Shown here piece by piece: positions 1-8,627 of a stretch of 20,969 nt of DNA; position 1 is the first letter of the stretch; each line of letters begins with the position of its first letter. The stretch covers positions 215,308 to 236,276 of the forward strand of contig CAZPLO010000001.1 of the NCBI GenBank assembly GCA_964587725.1, given 5' to 3'. Made by a program: the position numbers and the translations under genes. The DNA is from an uncultured archaeon. GTDB lineage: Archaea > Altiarchaeota > Altiarchaeia > IMC4 > SCGC-AAA252-I15. The notes under the pieces are model-generated. The model was given only the letters and a program-made list of their open reading frames with translations. It had not been told where the DNA came from and ran no database searches.

Positions 1-1
1 G

Positions 2-1975
2 TGCTATGTAGGTTTTCCCGCAGCCGGGGGGGCCGTACAACAGTATGCCGCCGCCAGCCTTGTGGCCGTATTCCTCGCTCAATCCGGGATGCTGTATGGG
101 GTAGACGACCTTGTTTTTTATCTCCTCCTTGACCTCCGTCAGGTCGCCGACGTCGCTGAAGTCTATGTTCGGCTGCTGTATCATCTCTATGCCGCCGGCG
201 CGCTTGAACACGTAGTCCGACAGGTCTGGGAACAGCTCAGACTCCCCGCTCTCACGCAATTGTTTCTCGGCCAGCCGCAGCCACGGCGTGAGGGTGGAAT
301 CGCGTTCGTTCAACACGGTGAGGAAGTCGCCCATGGATATGCCGCGTCTCTCGCCTCCGCGCACGGACTCGCTCCACGGAATCTTCGCAGCCTCGTCGCA
401 TACCGCGGTCACGTCCGCGGAGGAATAGTTTTCAGTGAGTTCCGCCAGCCGCCGGAAGTCGACATCGGCTTCAATGGGCCTGCCTTTTGTGTGTATCCTG
501 AACAGCTCCAGCCGTGCCTCGTAGTCGGGCGGCGGAATGAATATCTGGGTGGTGAGTCTTCCAGCCCGTCGGAGTGCGGGGTCCAGGTCCCACGGCGCGT
601 TGGTGGAGCCCGTCACCAGCACACCCCGGTTGGACGCGCCCAACCCCTCCATGTTGGTTAGGAACTGGTTTATTATCCTCCTTTCCCCTCCGCCTTTGGA
701 GCCGCTGCGGCGGCCGCCCAGCGCGTCTATTTCGTCGAAGAACAGTATCGACGGCGCGCCTTCACGTGCTTCGTTGAATACTTCGTCGAGTCTGCGGGCG
801 CCGGCTTCAATGTCCTCCCCCACTATGTCCTGGACGCTGACGCTGAAGAAGTTCACGCCAGACTCCCCGACGGTAGCGCGCATAATGTAGGTTTTACCGC
901 AGCCTGGGGGGCCGTACAACAGCACCCCACCGCCGGCTTCGCGACCGAACTCCTCCGACAGCTCCGGATGCTGGAGTGGGTGGATGATGGCCTCGCGTAT
1001 GCGCTCCTTCACACCCTCCATGCCGGCGACGTTGTCGAAGGTTATGGCGACATCTTCCACGGGGGTAGCGTCGAGGCCATGGCCTTTCGTCCCCAACGTT
1101 ATGGTCTTCAGCTTAACCGGCTCCAGATACTTCCTCGGCTTCGAGGTTTTCAGGCACGGCACATGACGGATTTCTGCGGACTGCTTACCGCCCCACTTGA
1201 ACGTGCACTCCACGTAAGGCAGATACACTATCCGTTCCACACGTAGGCTGCAGTTGAACAGGGTGCCGAGGATGTAGATTATCTTCTCGGGGGCGTGGAC
1301 TATGCTTTCCAAGGAGACGTCGTCTTCGACCAGGTCGGTGAGGCGGAGCCCTGAGCTTATGTCGTATGAGTGGTGGGTGAAACGCGGCGCCGGCAGCATG
1401 GCCTTCACCTTGTAAAGCGGGGTGACACGATGGAAATTGAATATCTCCTTCACCACCGAAGTAATGTCGGACTCCCTGTCTTCCGGACGGTAGACGTCCG
1501 CGTATTTTCGACCCTGCAGCTCCTTGACGGCGTCCTGTTTGGGGCGGTCCAGGTTCATGAAGTTTAGTGTGCCGTGGTCGAGGAGGTAGCCGAGGGTTTG
1601 AAGCGCCTGGGGGGGCAGGGTCGCCAAATCCATTAGGATGTCTATGCGCTCCAGCTTAATCCCCGGAGACCGTATGAGAACCTCTTTTGCTGTCTCGCGG
1701 TAGCTTTTGTCTGCTAATACGTATATGCATCCGTCGTTCAACCCCACGTGGAACCGGTTTTCCATGCCGTGGATGAGGGTGCCCATCCCCTCCATGTCCT
1801 TTTTGACGGCGGAGACCACGAGGATGGGGGTGTAGCGGTGTTCTATGTTCACCAAGACCTTCTCCTTCGTCGACTTCTCTATTTCACGGGCCTTCCTCCT
1901 GAAATCCTTCAAGGCGGAATCCTCCGCCTCCCCAGAGATGTCGTAGGCCTTGGTTTCTATGCGGTTTATCCTCAT
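2..1975 (-). CDS. Multi-domain AAA+ ATPase (about 300-aa N-terminal region of unknown fold plus at least two classic AAA modules, Vps4/Cdc48 clade); 3' end runs off the window
   Basis: Not in the ORF track because no stop lies in the window. Hand translation gives an open frame from ATG 1975 (MRINRIETKAYD...) to base 2. Module 1 has TFDNVAGMEGVKERIREAIIHP, Walker A GPPGCGKT, Walker B ILFFDEIDALGGRR and SRH STNAPWDLDPALRRAGR. Module 2 begins DFSDVGDLTEVKEEIKNKVVYP...GILLYGPPGCGKTYIA. Confidence 0.9.
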   Translation of the reverse strand, partial: MRINRIETKAYDISGEAEDSALKDFRRKAREIEKSTKEKVLVNIEHRYTPILVVSAVKKDMEGMGTLIHGMENRFHVGLNDGCIYVLADKSYRETAKEVLIRSPGIKLERIDILMDLATLPPQALQTLGYLLDHGTLNFMNLDRPKQDAVKELQGRKYADVYRPEDRESDITSVVKEIFNFHRVTPLYKVKAMLPAPRFTHHSYDISSGLRLTDLVEDDVSLESIVHAPEKIIYILGTLFNCSLRVERIVYLPYVECTFKWGGKQSAEIRHVPCLKTSKPRKYLEPVKLKTITLGTKGHGLDATPVEDVAITFDNVAGMEGVKERIREAIIHPLQHPELSEEFGREAGGGVLLYGPPGCGKTYIMRATVGESGVNFFSVSVQDIVGEDIEAGARRLDEVFNEAREGAPSILFFDEIDALGGRRSGSKGGGERRIINQFLTNMEGLGASNRGVLVTGSTNAPWDLDPALRRAGRLTTQIFIPPPDYEARLELFRIHTKGRPIEADVDFRRLAELTENYSSADVTAVCDEAAKIPWSESVRGGERRGISMGDFLTVLNERDSTLTPWLRLAEKQLRESGESELFPDLSDYVFKRAGGIEMIQQPNIDFSDVGDLTEVKEEIKNKVVYPIQHPGLSEEYGHKAGGGILLYGPPGCGKTYIA

Positions 1976-2055
1976 CTTAGCCAGTAATCCATTGTCCTTA
2001 TTCAATTAAATGCCTGGAGCGTTTTTTACCGGGCAGACGTAATGGATAAGGCCAG

Positions 2056-2484
2056 ATGGAGTTCAAAGACATAGTTTTGCCGTCTATTGGGGTAGGAGTT
2101 GCTGTGGGCGTGTTAGCGGCGGTGCCTGTGGTGAGGCTCTGTAATGTGTGTTGCCTGTGGATTATAGCCGGGGGTTTCGCCGCAGCGTACCTGTCTGGGC
2201 GCCGCGGCCGGGTGGAAGTGTTGGACGGCGCACTCATAGGACTGTTGTTCGGGCTGACATATGGTTTCGTGGTCAACGTCGCGCTGCTGGTCGTTGGAGT
2301 GTTGTTGAATTTCCTGGGTTTGGGGGCCAACGTGAGCCAGGGTCTTCCGGGGCTGCAGGTGTCGGGCATCCTGGGGTCGGTGGTGAGGGGGGTGTTCAGG
2401 GTGGTGCTGGGAGTCTTCTTCGGAGCCGCCGGCGGAGTATTGTATGCGGCCTTCTCCAGCGGCGGCCAGGAGAAGGTGGAGTGA
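2056..2484 (+). CDS. Small Gly-rich multi-pass membrane protein with CNxCCxW motif (DUF5518-like, family uncertain); paralogue 1
   Basis: 142 aa, about 4 hydrophobic Gly-rich segments; collinear similarity to the next ORF. Confidence 0.8.
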   Translation: MEFKDIVLPSIGVGVAVGVLAAVPVVRLCNVCCLWIIAGGFAAAYLSGRRGRVEVLDGALIGLLFGLTYGFVVNVALLVVGVLLNFLGLGANVSQGLPGLQVSGILGSVVRGVFRVVLGVFFGAAGGVLYAAFSSGGQEKVE

Positions 2485-2530
2485 ATGTTTTTAATCCAAC
2501 GCATGTAATACATACCATAGAGGTGTTTTC

Positions 2531-2971
2531 ATGGACGTCAAAAACATGCTGCTGCCGGGCATAGGAACCGGATTGGTCGTTGGAGTAATAGCCGCCTTCC
2601 CATTCATAGGATGGTGCAACATCTGCTGCTTCTGGATTCTCGCGGGCGGTTTCGCCGCCGCCTTCTTCTACGGCCGGGGGAGAAGCGTTAAACTCGCGGA
2701 CGGCGCGGTCGTCGGCGTCATATTCGGTTTGGTGTACGGCGTAACCAACAGCGTAGCCAACTTCGTAATCAATTTCCTGCTGAATGCACTGGGTATGGCT
2801 GGCGCCTTGGCAGGCGGCGCGGGGGCTCAGAACGCCCTCGGCACCTTCGGAGTCACCGTGGGAGCCAACGTCATCGGGGCGGTGATCGGGGCCTTCATCA
2901 ATGTGTTCCTTGGCGTGCTGTTCGGGGCCGTCGGCGGGCTGATTTACGCGGCCGCCAGGGGGAAGAAATAA
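2531..2971 (+). CDS. Small Gly-rich multi-pass membrane protein with CNxCCxW motif; paralogue 2
   Basis: 146 aa; GAGGTG ribosome-binding site at 2520-2525; WCNICCFWILAGGFAAAF matches LCNVCCLWIIAGGFAAAY of the upstream ORF. Confidence 0.85.
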   Translation: MDVKNMLLPGIGTGLVVGVIAAFPFIGWCNICCFWILAGGFAAAFFYGRGRSVKLADGAVVGVIFGLVYGVTNSVANFVINFLLNALGMAGALAGGAGAQNALGTFGVTVGANVIGAVIGAFINVFLGVLFGAVGGLIYAAARGKK

Positions 2972-2995
2972 AACTTCCCCCTTCTTTATTATACC

Positions 2996-3493
2996 ATGGA
3001 AGCCGGGTACCTGTTTGTGTTGGCGGCTTCCACTTTATTGTTCACATTGACGTTCACGGCCCCGTATCTGGCGCACAGTGAAATGGATTTCTTGGCAGGG
3101 CTGAACTACGTGTTCTTCTCCGAAGTCTGCCATCAGCGCCCGGACAGGAGCTTCTTCCTGTGGGGGGAGAGGATGGGGGTGTGCGCCCGCTGCCTCGGCT
3201 TCTACGGTGGACTGCTGATGGGTTCGCTCGCCTACCCGCTGACGTGGAGGGAGAAGGATGGGCGGGGTCGGAATAACGCGGTTTATCCACCGGCTTGGCT
3301 GCTGCTGGCGGCTGCTGTTCCATTGACGGTGGATGGGGGAACGCAGCTGCTGGGGCTTAGGGAGAGCAGCAACGTCCTACGACTGGCCACAGGTCTTTTA
3401 CTGGGGTCGGCGGTCCCGCACTACCTTATACCAGCGTTTAACGACATTTTCAGGCAGGTGTGGGGTTTTTTATACGGAACCACCCATAACTAA
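2996..3493 (+). CDS. DUF2085-family predicted membrane protein
   Basis: Family motifs VCHQRPDRSF, GVCARCLGFYGG, PLTVDGGTQLLGLRESSNVLRLATG. Confidence 0.85.
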   Translation: MEAGYLFVLAASTLLFTLTFTAPYLAHSEMDFLAGLNYVFFSEVCHQRPDRSFFLWGERMGVCARCLGFYGGLLMGSLAYPLTWREKDGRGRNNAVYPPAWLLLAAAVPLTVDGGTQLLGLRESSNVLRLATGLLLGSAVPHYLIPAFNDIFRQVWGFLYGTTHN

Positions 3494-3496
3494 GAG

Positions 3497-3943
3497 GTGG
3501 TTTCTATGGCCGAAGAAGAAATCAAGGTTGAGTCCGCTGAGAAAACCCCTGAACCAGCCAAGCCGGAGATGAGGGTTGGTTCAGCAGCCAACAGACAGGG
3601 AGACGACAACGTCATAGCCGCACTGGCTCATGCACTCGTAATATTCGTACCCATACTGGCGCCGCTGGTTATATGGCTCGTCTACAAGGACAAGAGCAGG
3701 TACGTGAAGTATCAGAGCTTCCAGGCGCTGGCCTACCAGGTTGTCGGCAGCATAGTCGTGTTTGCGCTGTGGATGATGGCGATAATACTGTCGTTCTTCG
3801 TCATAGGGATTATACTGTTCCCGGTGGCGTTCATACTGATGGCGGTTTTCGTGGTATACGGCCTGTTCGCGGCATACAAGTGCTACGAAGGCGAGGACTT
3901 CAAATACGCCGTCATAGGGGACTGGGCCAGCAAACACAGCTGA
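3497..3943 (+). CDS. DUF4870 (Tic20-like) three-TM membrane protein
   Basis: AALAH...PLVIWLVYKDKSRYVKYQSFQAL...AAYKCYEGEDFKY pattern. The start may be ATG 3506, with GAGGTG upstream. Confidence 0.85.
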   Translation: MVSMAEEEIKVESAEKTPEPAKPEMRVGSAANRQGDDNVIAALAHALVIFVPILAPLVIWLVYKDKSRYVKYQSFQALAYQVVGSIVVFALWMMAIILSFFVIGIILFPVAFILMAVFVVYGLFAAYKCYEGEDFKYAVIGDWASKHS

Positions 3944-3954
3944 AGCCGTTCCGT

Positions 3955-4749
3955 CTATTTTCTTTTTATTTCGACCGTCTGCAGGCTGCCGCCACGGTCC
4001 GCCAGCGACGTGGAGATTATGTTCAAGGCCACGTCCACCGCCGTCTGATCCGTTCCTGTTAACTCGATGAACAGGTTTCTGGTGTGTTCGGTCAGTTTGG
4101 TGAGTTCCCCGTTTATTATCGGAGGGAAAGAGAGGACGTTGCCGTTTCGGTCGGTGAACAGCGGGTATTTTTTCTTGCCTTCCAGGGTCCACGCGTAGTC
4201 CCGGCCCTTCGGATGCCTTTCAAGTATCTCGGAAAGGGTGAGTTCCTCCATCATCTCCAATGGTATAAAGGACGCGGAGTCTGGTTTGACGGCCTTGTAG
4301 GTGAACGGCGGCTCCACCCTGTCCAGGTCGTGGACGCCTATGGCCACCTTCAACCGGTTGCGGCCGTGGGTGAGGTGGAGTTTCTCCTGCACGTCCATCA
4401 CCGACTTCACCGCGAAGTCGTCGAGTTCAACACCGCATACGGCGCCTGCCGAGACGGCGGGGCGGACGCCGTCTACCGACGGGTCCACATACAATACGAT
4501 GCCCGATTCCTTCAGCGGATACTCCGCAGGGCCCTTTTCGAACCCCAGGTAGCCGTTGAGGGCTCGGGCGAACCCTTCTATGCTGAGCATGTCGGGGCGG
4601 TTGGGGAACACCTCCAAAACCACTTTCTCCTCGTCCACGGACTCCACGTCCACACCCAGCATGGGCATCTTTTCACGGAGTTCCTGGAGGCCGACTTTCT
4701 TTTTGAGGAGGTGCATTAAATCCCCGGCGTCGTATTCGACAGAAGGCAT
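3955..4749 (-). CDS. pheT: Phenylalanyl-tRNA synthetase beta subunit, N-terminal half only (N-terminal domain plus B3/4 editing domain), archaeal type
   Basis: [49 protein letters not shown] and [11 protein letters not shown] match archaeal/eukaryotic PheRS-beta. Ends at 264 aa with no B5 or catalytic-like domain. Confidence 0.85.
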   Translation of the reverse strand: MPSVEYDAGDLMHLLKKKVGLQELREKMPMLGVDVESVDEEKVVLEVFPNRPDMLSIEGFARALNGYLGFEKGPAEYPLKESGIVLYVDPSVDGVRPAVSAGAVCGVELDDFAVKSVMDVQEKLHLTHGRNRLKVAIGVHDLDRVEPPFTYKAVKPDSASFIPLEMMEELTLSEILERHPKGRDYAWTLEGKKKYPLFTDRNGNVLSFPPIINGELTKLTEHTRNLFIELTGTDQTAVDVALNIISTSLADRGGSLQTVEIKRK

Positions 4750-4798
4750 CTTTTATACCATCGTAGATAATTCTTAAGTAATCGGAGGTCTGGTTTAA

Positions 4799-5194
4799 AT
4801 GTATGTCCTTATAATAGGGGGCGGCACCATGGGGCGGCACATAGCCGCGGCTTTGCCCGAGCACGAGATAACGTTGATTGAACGAAACCCGGACAAATGC
4901 TACCGCATACGGGCTGAGATGGAGAACGTCAACGTCATAGAGGGGGACGCCAGCAAACTATACATACTCAAGAGGGCGGAGTTCGACCGCGCCGACGCCG
5001 TCATAGCGGTTACAAACAACGACGACGTGAACATGTTCATCAGCATGCTCGCCATAAAACGAGACAAGCAGGCTGTGTCGCGTGTCCACGAGCCAGAGTA
5101 CATACCAATATTCAACGAACTGGGCATAGAAAACATCATTTCGCCGGAGCACCGGGCCGCCATGGACATAGCCAAGAAGCTGGTCTGGGAGTGA
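4799..5194 (+). CDS. trkA: TrkA/KtrA-type potassium transport regulatory subunit, single RCK N-terminal (Rossmann) domain
   Basis: IIGGGTMGRHIA nucleotide-binding motif, EGDA, ADAVIAVTNNDDVN, LGIENIISPE; 13 nt upstream of trkH. Confidence 0.88.
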   Translation: MYVLIIGGGTMGRHIAAALPEHEITLIERNPDKCYRIRAEMENVNVIEGDASKLYILKRAEFDRADAVIAVTNNDDVNMFISMLAIKRDKQAVSRVHEPEYIPIFNELGIENIISPEHRAAMDIAKKLVWE

Positions 5195-5207
5195 CGCTCG
5201 TTCTACC

Positions 5208-6698
5208 ATGATTTACCTGGACTGGGATGACATCGAGGTAGCCTTAAGGGACGTCGCGGGGATACTGCAGGTTGTGGCGGTGGTGATGCTCACCCCCATA
5301 GTGGCGACGCTGATATACACGGAAAGCGAAACGCCCGCGGGCGTGTTCGTGGAGGCGCTGGCGTTCATAGTACCGAGCCTCACGCTATACCTGATGCACG
5401 TGTTCCTGAAGAAGTATTTCAGGAAAACCCAGGACACGCGGACCAAACACGCCATGCTTACGGTGGTGTTCGCGTGGATGATTATCGCGCTGGTGGGAGC
5501 GATGCCGTTCGTGATACGCGGCGAGCTGGGGCCGGTAGACGCGTTCTTCGAGAGCATGAGCGGGTGGGCGACCACAGGTATGACCATGATAGAGCAGCCG
5601 GAGTTGTCTCCAAAGGACATACTCATCTACCGGAGCGTCACCCACGAGGTCGGCGGCGTCGGAATAATAGCGTTGGGGCTGATTGTGCTGCTGCAGTCCG
5701 GCTCCGCGGCCATGGAATACTACAGCAGCGAAGTTGGGGCGCAGAAAATCAAGCCGGGCATCAAGAGCACGGTCATTGAGACGTGGAAGATTTACCTCCT
5801 TTACAGCGTCGCAGGTATAGTGTTGTTGTACATGGCTGGTATGACGCCGTTCGACGCAGTCAACCACTCCTTCGCCGCCATCGCCACCGGCGGGTTCTCC
5901 ACCCACGCGGACAGCATAGCCTACTTCAACAGCATCTGGATCGAGGTGGTGTGCATGTTCCTGATGCTGGCGGGCGCCATAAGCTTCTTGGTGCACTTCA
6001 AGATATTCAGCGGAGACGTGAAATCCTTTTTCAGGAACGTGGAAACCAAGTACATGTTCGGGTTGATAGCGGTGGCGACGGTCATCTGCTTCTGGGGGTT
6101 GTACGGGAACGACATACCCGGCGTCGACACAACCTCGGTGGCAGACACCCTCCGGAAGAGCGTGTTCCAGGTCATATCCAGCATAACCTGTACGGGCTTC
6201 GGAACATCCAACGCCGGCGAGTGGTCGGAGCTGTCGCAGACGGTGCTGATGATACTCATGTACACCGGAGGATTCTACGGCTCCACCGCCGGCGGCATAA
6301 AACTGCTGCGGCTGGTGGTGGTTGTTAAGGCTGTTCATTACACGGTGAAGAAGATGCTGCTGCCGAAGCATGCGATAGTGACCTTGCGTATCGGAGACCG
6401 GAACATAACCCAGTCGGAGATACTCTACGTCCTGGGGCTGTCGGTTGTTTACCTGATAGTGGCGATAATCGGGGCGATGATTATCATGGCCTTAGGCTAC
6501 ACCGGATACGAGAGCATTTCAGTCAGTCTGAGCGCCATGGGCAACGTCGGCATAGTATACATACAGGGTGCGCGGTGGTTCCACATGCACGAGGTGGGGA
6601 AGATAACCATCGCCCTGCTGATGTGGATAGGCCGGCTCGAAATATTCCCCCTACTGATGCTGCTGGCACCAATATACCGGAGGGGCAAAGGGAGATAA
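5208..6698 (+). CDS. trkH: TrkH potassium uptake membrane protein
   Basis: Four pore-loop motifs (FESMSGWATTG, AIATGGFS, SSITCTGF, SAMGNVG), GSTAGGIKLLR and MWIGRLEI. Confidence 0.95.
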   Translation: MIYLDWDDIEVALRDVAGILQVVAVVMLTPIVATLIYTESETPAGVFVEALAFIVPSLTLYLMHVFLKKYFRKTQDTRTKHAMLTVVFAWMIIALVGAMPFVIRGELGPVDAFFESMSGWATTGMTMIEQPELSPKDILIYRSVTHEVGGVGIIALGLIVLLQSGSAAMEYYSSEVGAQKIKPGIKSTVIETWKIYLLYSVAGIVLLYMAGMTPFDAVNHSFAAIATGGFSTHADSIAYFNSIWIEVVCMFLMLAGAISFLVHFKIFSGDVKSFFRNVETKYMFGLIAVATVICFWGLYGNDIPGVDTTSVADTLRKSVFQVISSITCTGFGTSNAGEWSELSQTVLMILMYTGGFYGSTAGGIKLLRLVVVVKAVHYTVKKMLLPKHAIVTLRIGDRNITQSEILYVLGLSVVYLIVAIIGAMIIMALGYTGYESISVSLSAMGNVGIVYIQGARWFHMHEVGKITIALLMWIGRLEIFPLLMLLAPIYRRGKGR

Positions 6699-6700
6699 CG

Positions 6701-6712
6701 TTCTTATATACA
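6701..6712 (+). promoter_or_regulatory. Putative archaeal TATA box of the archaellin-like gene
   Basis: TTCTTATATACA about 30 nt upstream of ATG 6737. Confidence 0.5.
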
Positions 6713-6736
6713 GTCTCAGATAGTTAACTGAGTGGG

Positions 6737-7369
6737 ATGGTCTATCGTTTCAGGCGGGGCCTCATCGGTATCGGCGTATTGATTATACTGATAGCAACCC
6801 TGCTGGTTGCTGCGGCGGCATCGGTTCTTCTACTGTCCACCACCGTCAACCTCCAGACCAAAAGCCTTGAAACCAGGCTGGAGACGGAGCAGAGCGTCAT
6901 AAACGGGGTTGAAGTGGTGTCTATTATGGCCACCGACGGCAGCGAAGGAGCAGACCTCGAACACTTCGAGATGGTGATGCGGCTGCAGTCCGGGTCTGAC
7001 ACCATAGGGTTGGTTAACAACACCTTGATTGTTTTCACCACACCCACCGGCAGCCAGAGCCTGAAATACAACGACACCATGGGCAACACTGACGCGCTAG
7101 CAGCCGGCACCGGAGACTACACGGTGGAGTGGCTGAAGACCGCATCGGACTACGAGACAGGGTATTTGAAGCGCGGAGATTTGATTAAGGTCCGGTGGAA
7201 CCACCACGACGTCACCCGCACATCCACGACAGGAGGCATAGGTGAGGAGGAGCGGGGCAAGGTGAAGGTTATACCGCACTTCGGCCAGGTCACGCAGATA
7301 GAGTTCAGCGTGCCCAAGCACTTGCACAACACCCGCGTCCAAGTGTATCCGAGGGAAGTTCGCATCTAG
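6737..7369 (+). CDS. Archaellin (archaeal flagellin)-like protein with class III signal peptide
   Basis: RRG/LIGIGVLIILIATLLVAAAASVLL resembles the archaellin N-terminus (K/R-G cleavage site, GIGxLIxxIAxxLVAA); downstream RLQSGSDTI and YLKRGDLIKV match archaellin-type patterns. Confidence 0.8.
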   Translation: MVYRFRRGLIGIGVLIILIATLLVAAAASVLLLSTTVNLQTKSLETRLETEQSVINGVEVVSIMATDGSEGADLEHFEMVMRLQSGSDTIGLVNNTLIVFTTPTGSQSLKYNDTMGNTDALAAGTGDYTVEWLKTASDYETGYLKRGDLIKVRWNHHDVTRTSTTGGIGEEERGKVKVIPHFGQVTQIEFSVPKHLHNTRVQVYPREVRI

Positions 7370-8625
7370 GTGTAGTCCGTTATCCTGCGCTGACGGAGTA
7401 TGTCCGAATTTTCAACATATTTACGTATAGGGACGGTGAGCCTGGTGGAGATGTCATTCAACGCCGCCTCCAATGTGTCGAATTTCACAGGCTTTTTTTC
7501 GAATGCTTTGCGGACGTTCTCGCGCACCTCCCACACACCCACCGGCATCACGTAGCTGTCGTATATTTCACGGAATACTATGACGCGGGCCTGCCTGCGC
7601 ATATTATTCAGCGCCTCCGCCGCTGCGAAACGGCCCGCATAGTATCCACCGCCCTCGTTGTAGGCGTACTCCCACCTGCCGCCGTGCCCCTCATGCTCCC
7701 GTAGGATGGTTGGTCCTGCATTGCCCATGGTCCACAGGGTCTCCGGTGACCATGCCTCGAACTGTTCGAACTCCCATGCGCCGGGCATCAATAGGATGTC
7801 GAAGTGGTTGCCCAAGTACGTGTTTTCGTAAACGAGTATGTCACGGAGTTCCGGGTAGTCGCGGATGCGCTGCATCAGCGCCTTACCGAGTATGTCGTCG
7901 ACCGCTGTTATGCTCCACCGTGTCGGCACCATTTTTTTATCGTCTTTCACGCCAAGTGAACCTGAAGAGAGGACGGTGGTTAAGTAGTAGACGTCCAGGT
8001 TCCGGTCGAATAGTTTCGAGACCTGATCCGCTGCCTTCAAGTCGTCCGACACTATGTAGTCTACGCGCCGCGGTATCACAGGGTTCTCGGTAACCCAGAA
8101 CTTACGCAAATCCCCGGAGGCCCCCATGGGCTGGTTGACGGGTGAGAATGAGAGGCTGAACGTAGGCTTGCGTTTATAGTGGGCTTCCACGTCAACAGGC
8201 TTGACAGACAAAGCAAGCTCCTGCATGAGGTCGATGAACCGGCTCCTGTCCTTCACCGGTCGTCGCTGCTTGCCCCGCACAACCAGTGACCGCATCCGGA
8301 CGATGTCGTCGAACCCCAGCCCGTACCATGCGCCGGGGTTGTCCAATACGTCGCTGCCGTCCTCCTGCAGGGAAGTCATCGGCCCCACAGAAACCGTCGG
8401 ATAACCCTTCCAACCCACAAATACACTCGGTGAGGGCCCGTACATCTCCGCCTTCAACTTCCCCTCCACGGGATTGCCCACCCGTATCCTGTCCAGCAGC
8501 GGACACGAGTCTCTGCCGCACAACAACCTGCCGCCCTTGCAGCGGAGACACTGCTGACGGCTCAAACCCATCGACGCCACGTTCTCATGTATCTCTGCCA
8601 CGGCTCCTCGTTTGTGTTTGCGCAT
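7366..8625 (-). CDS. nreA: Nre family DNA repair protein (NreA-like) with C-terminal PIP box
   Basis: N-terminal CLRCKGGRLLCGRDSCP, PSVFVGWKGYP, VPTRWSITAVDD, GGYYAGR, PVGVWEVRENVR and C-terminal QRRITDY. Start placed at ATG 8625 (alternatively 8571) rather than the track's 8808. Confidence 0.92.
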   Translation of the reverse strand: MRKHKRGAVAEIHENVASMGLSRQQCLRCKGGRLLCGRDSCPLLDRIRVGNPVEGKLKAEMYGPSPSVFVGWKGYPTVSVGPMTSLQEDGSDVLDNPGAWYGLGFDDIVRMRSLVVRGKQRRPVKDRSRFIDLMQELALSVKPVDVEAHYKRKPTFSLSFSPVNQPMGASGDLRKFWVTENPVIPRRVDYIVSDDLKAADQVSKLFDRNLDVYYLTTVLSSGSLGVKDDKKMVPTRWSITAVDDILGKALMQRIRDYPELRDILVYENTYLGNHFDILLMPGAWEFEQFEAWSPETLWTMGNAGPTILREHEGHGGRWEYAYNEGGGYYAGRFAAAEALNNMRRQARVIVFREIYDSYVMPVGVWEVRENVRKAFEKKPVKFDTLEAALNDISTRLTVPIRKYVENSDILRQRRITDYT

Positions 8626-8627
8626 GT

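Noticed and set aside
62-1987. Plus-strand ORFs in the track (62..661, 537..890, 968..1246 and others)
   Set aside because: Antisense shadows of the minus-strand AAA ATPase, which carries all the recognisable motifs.
5385-6371. 328-aa antisense ORF in trkH, and similar long antisense ORFs in tiaS, nadC and the SPFH gene
   Set aside because: Typical shadow frames of GC-rich coding DNA with no motifs.
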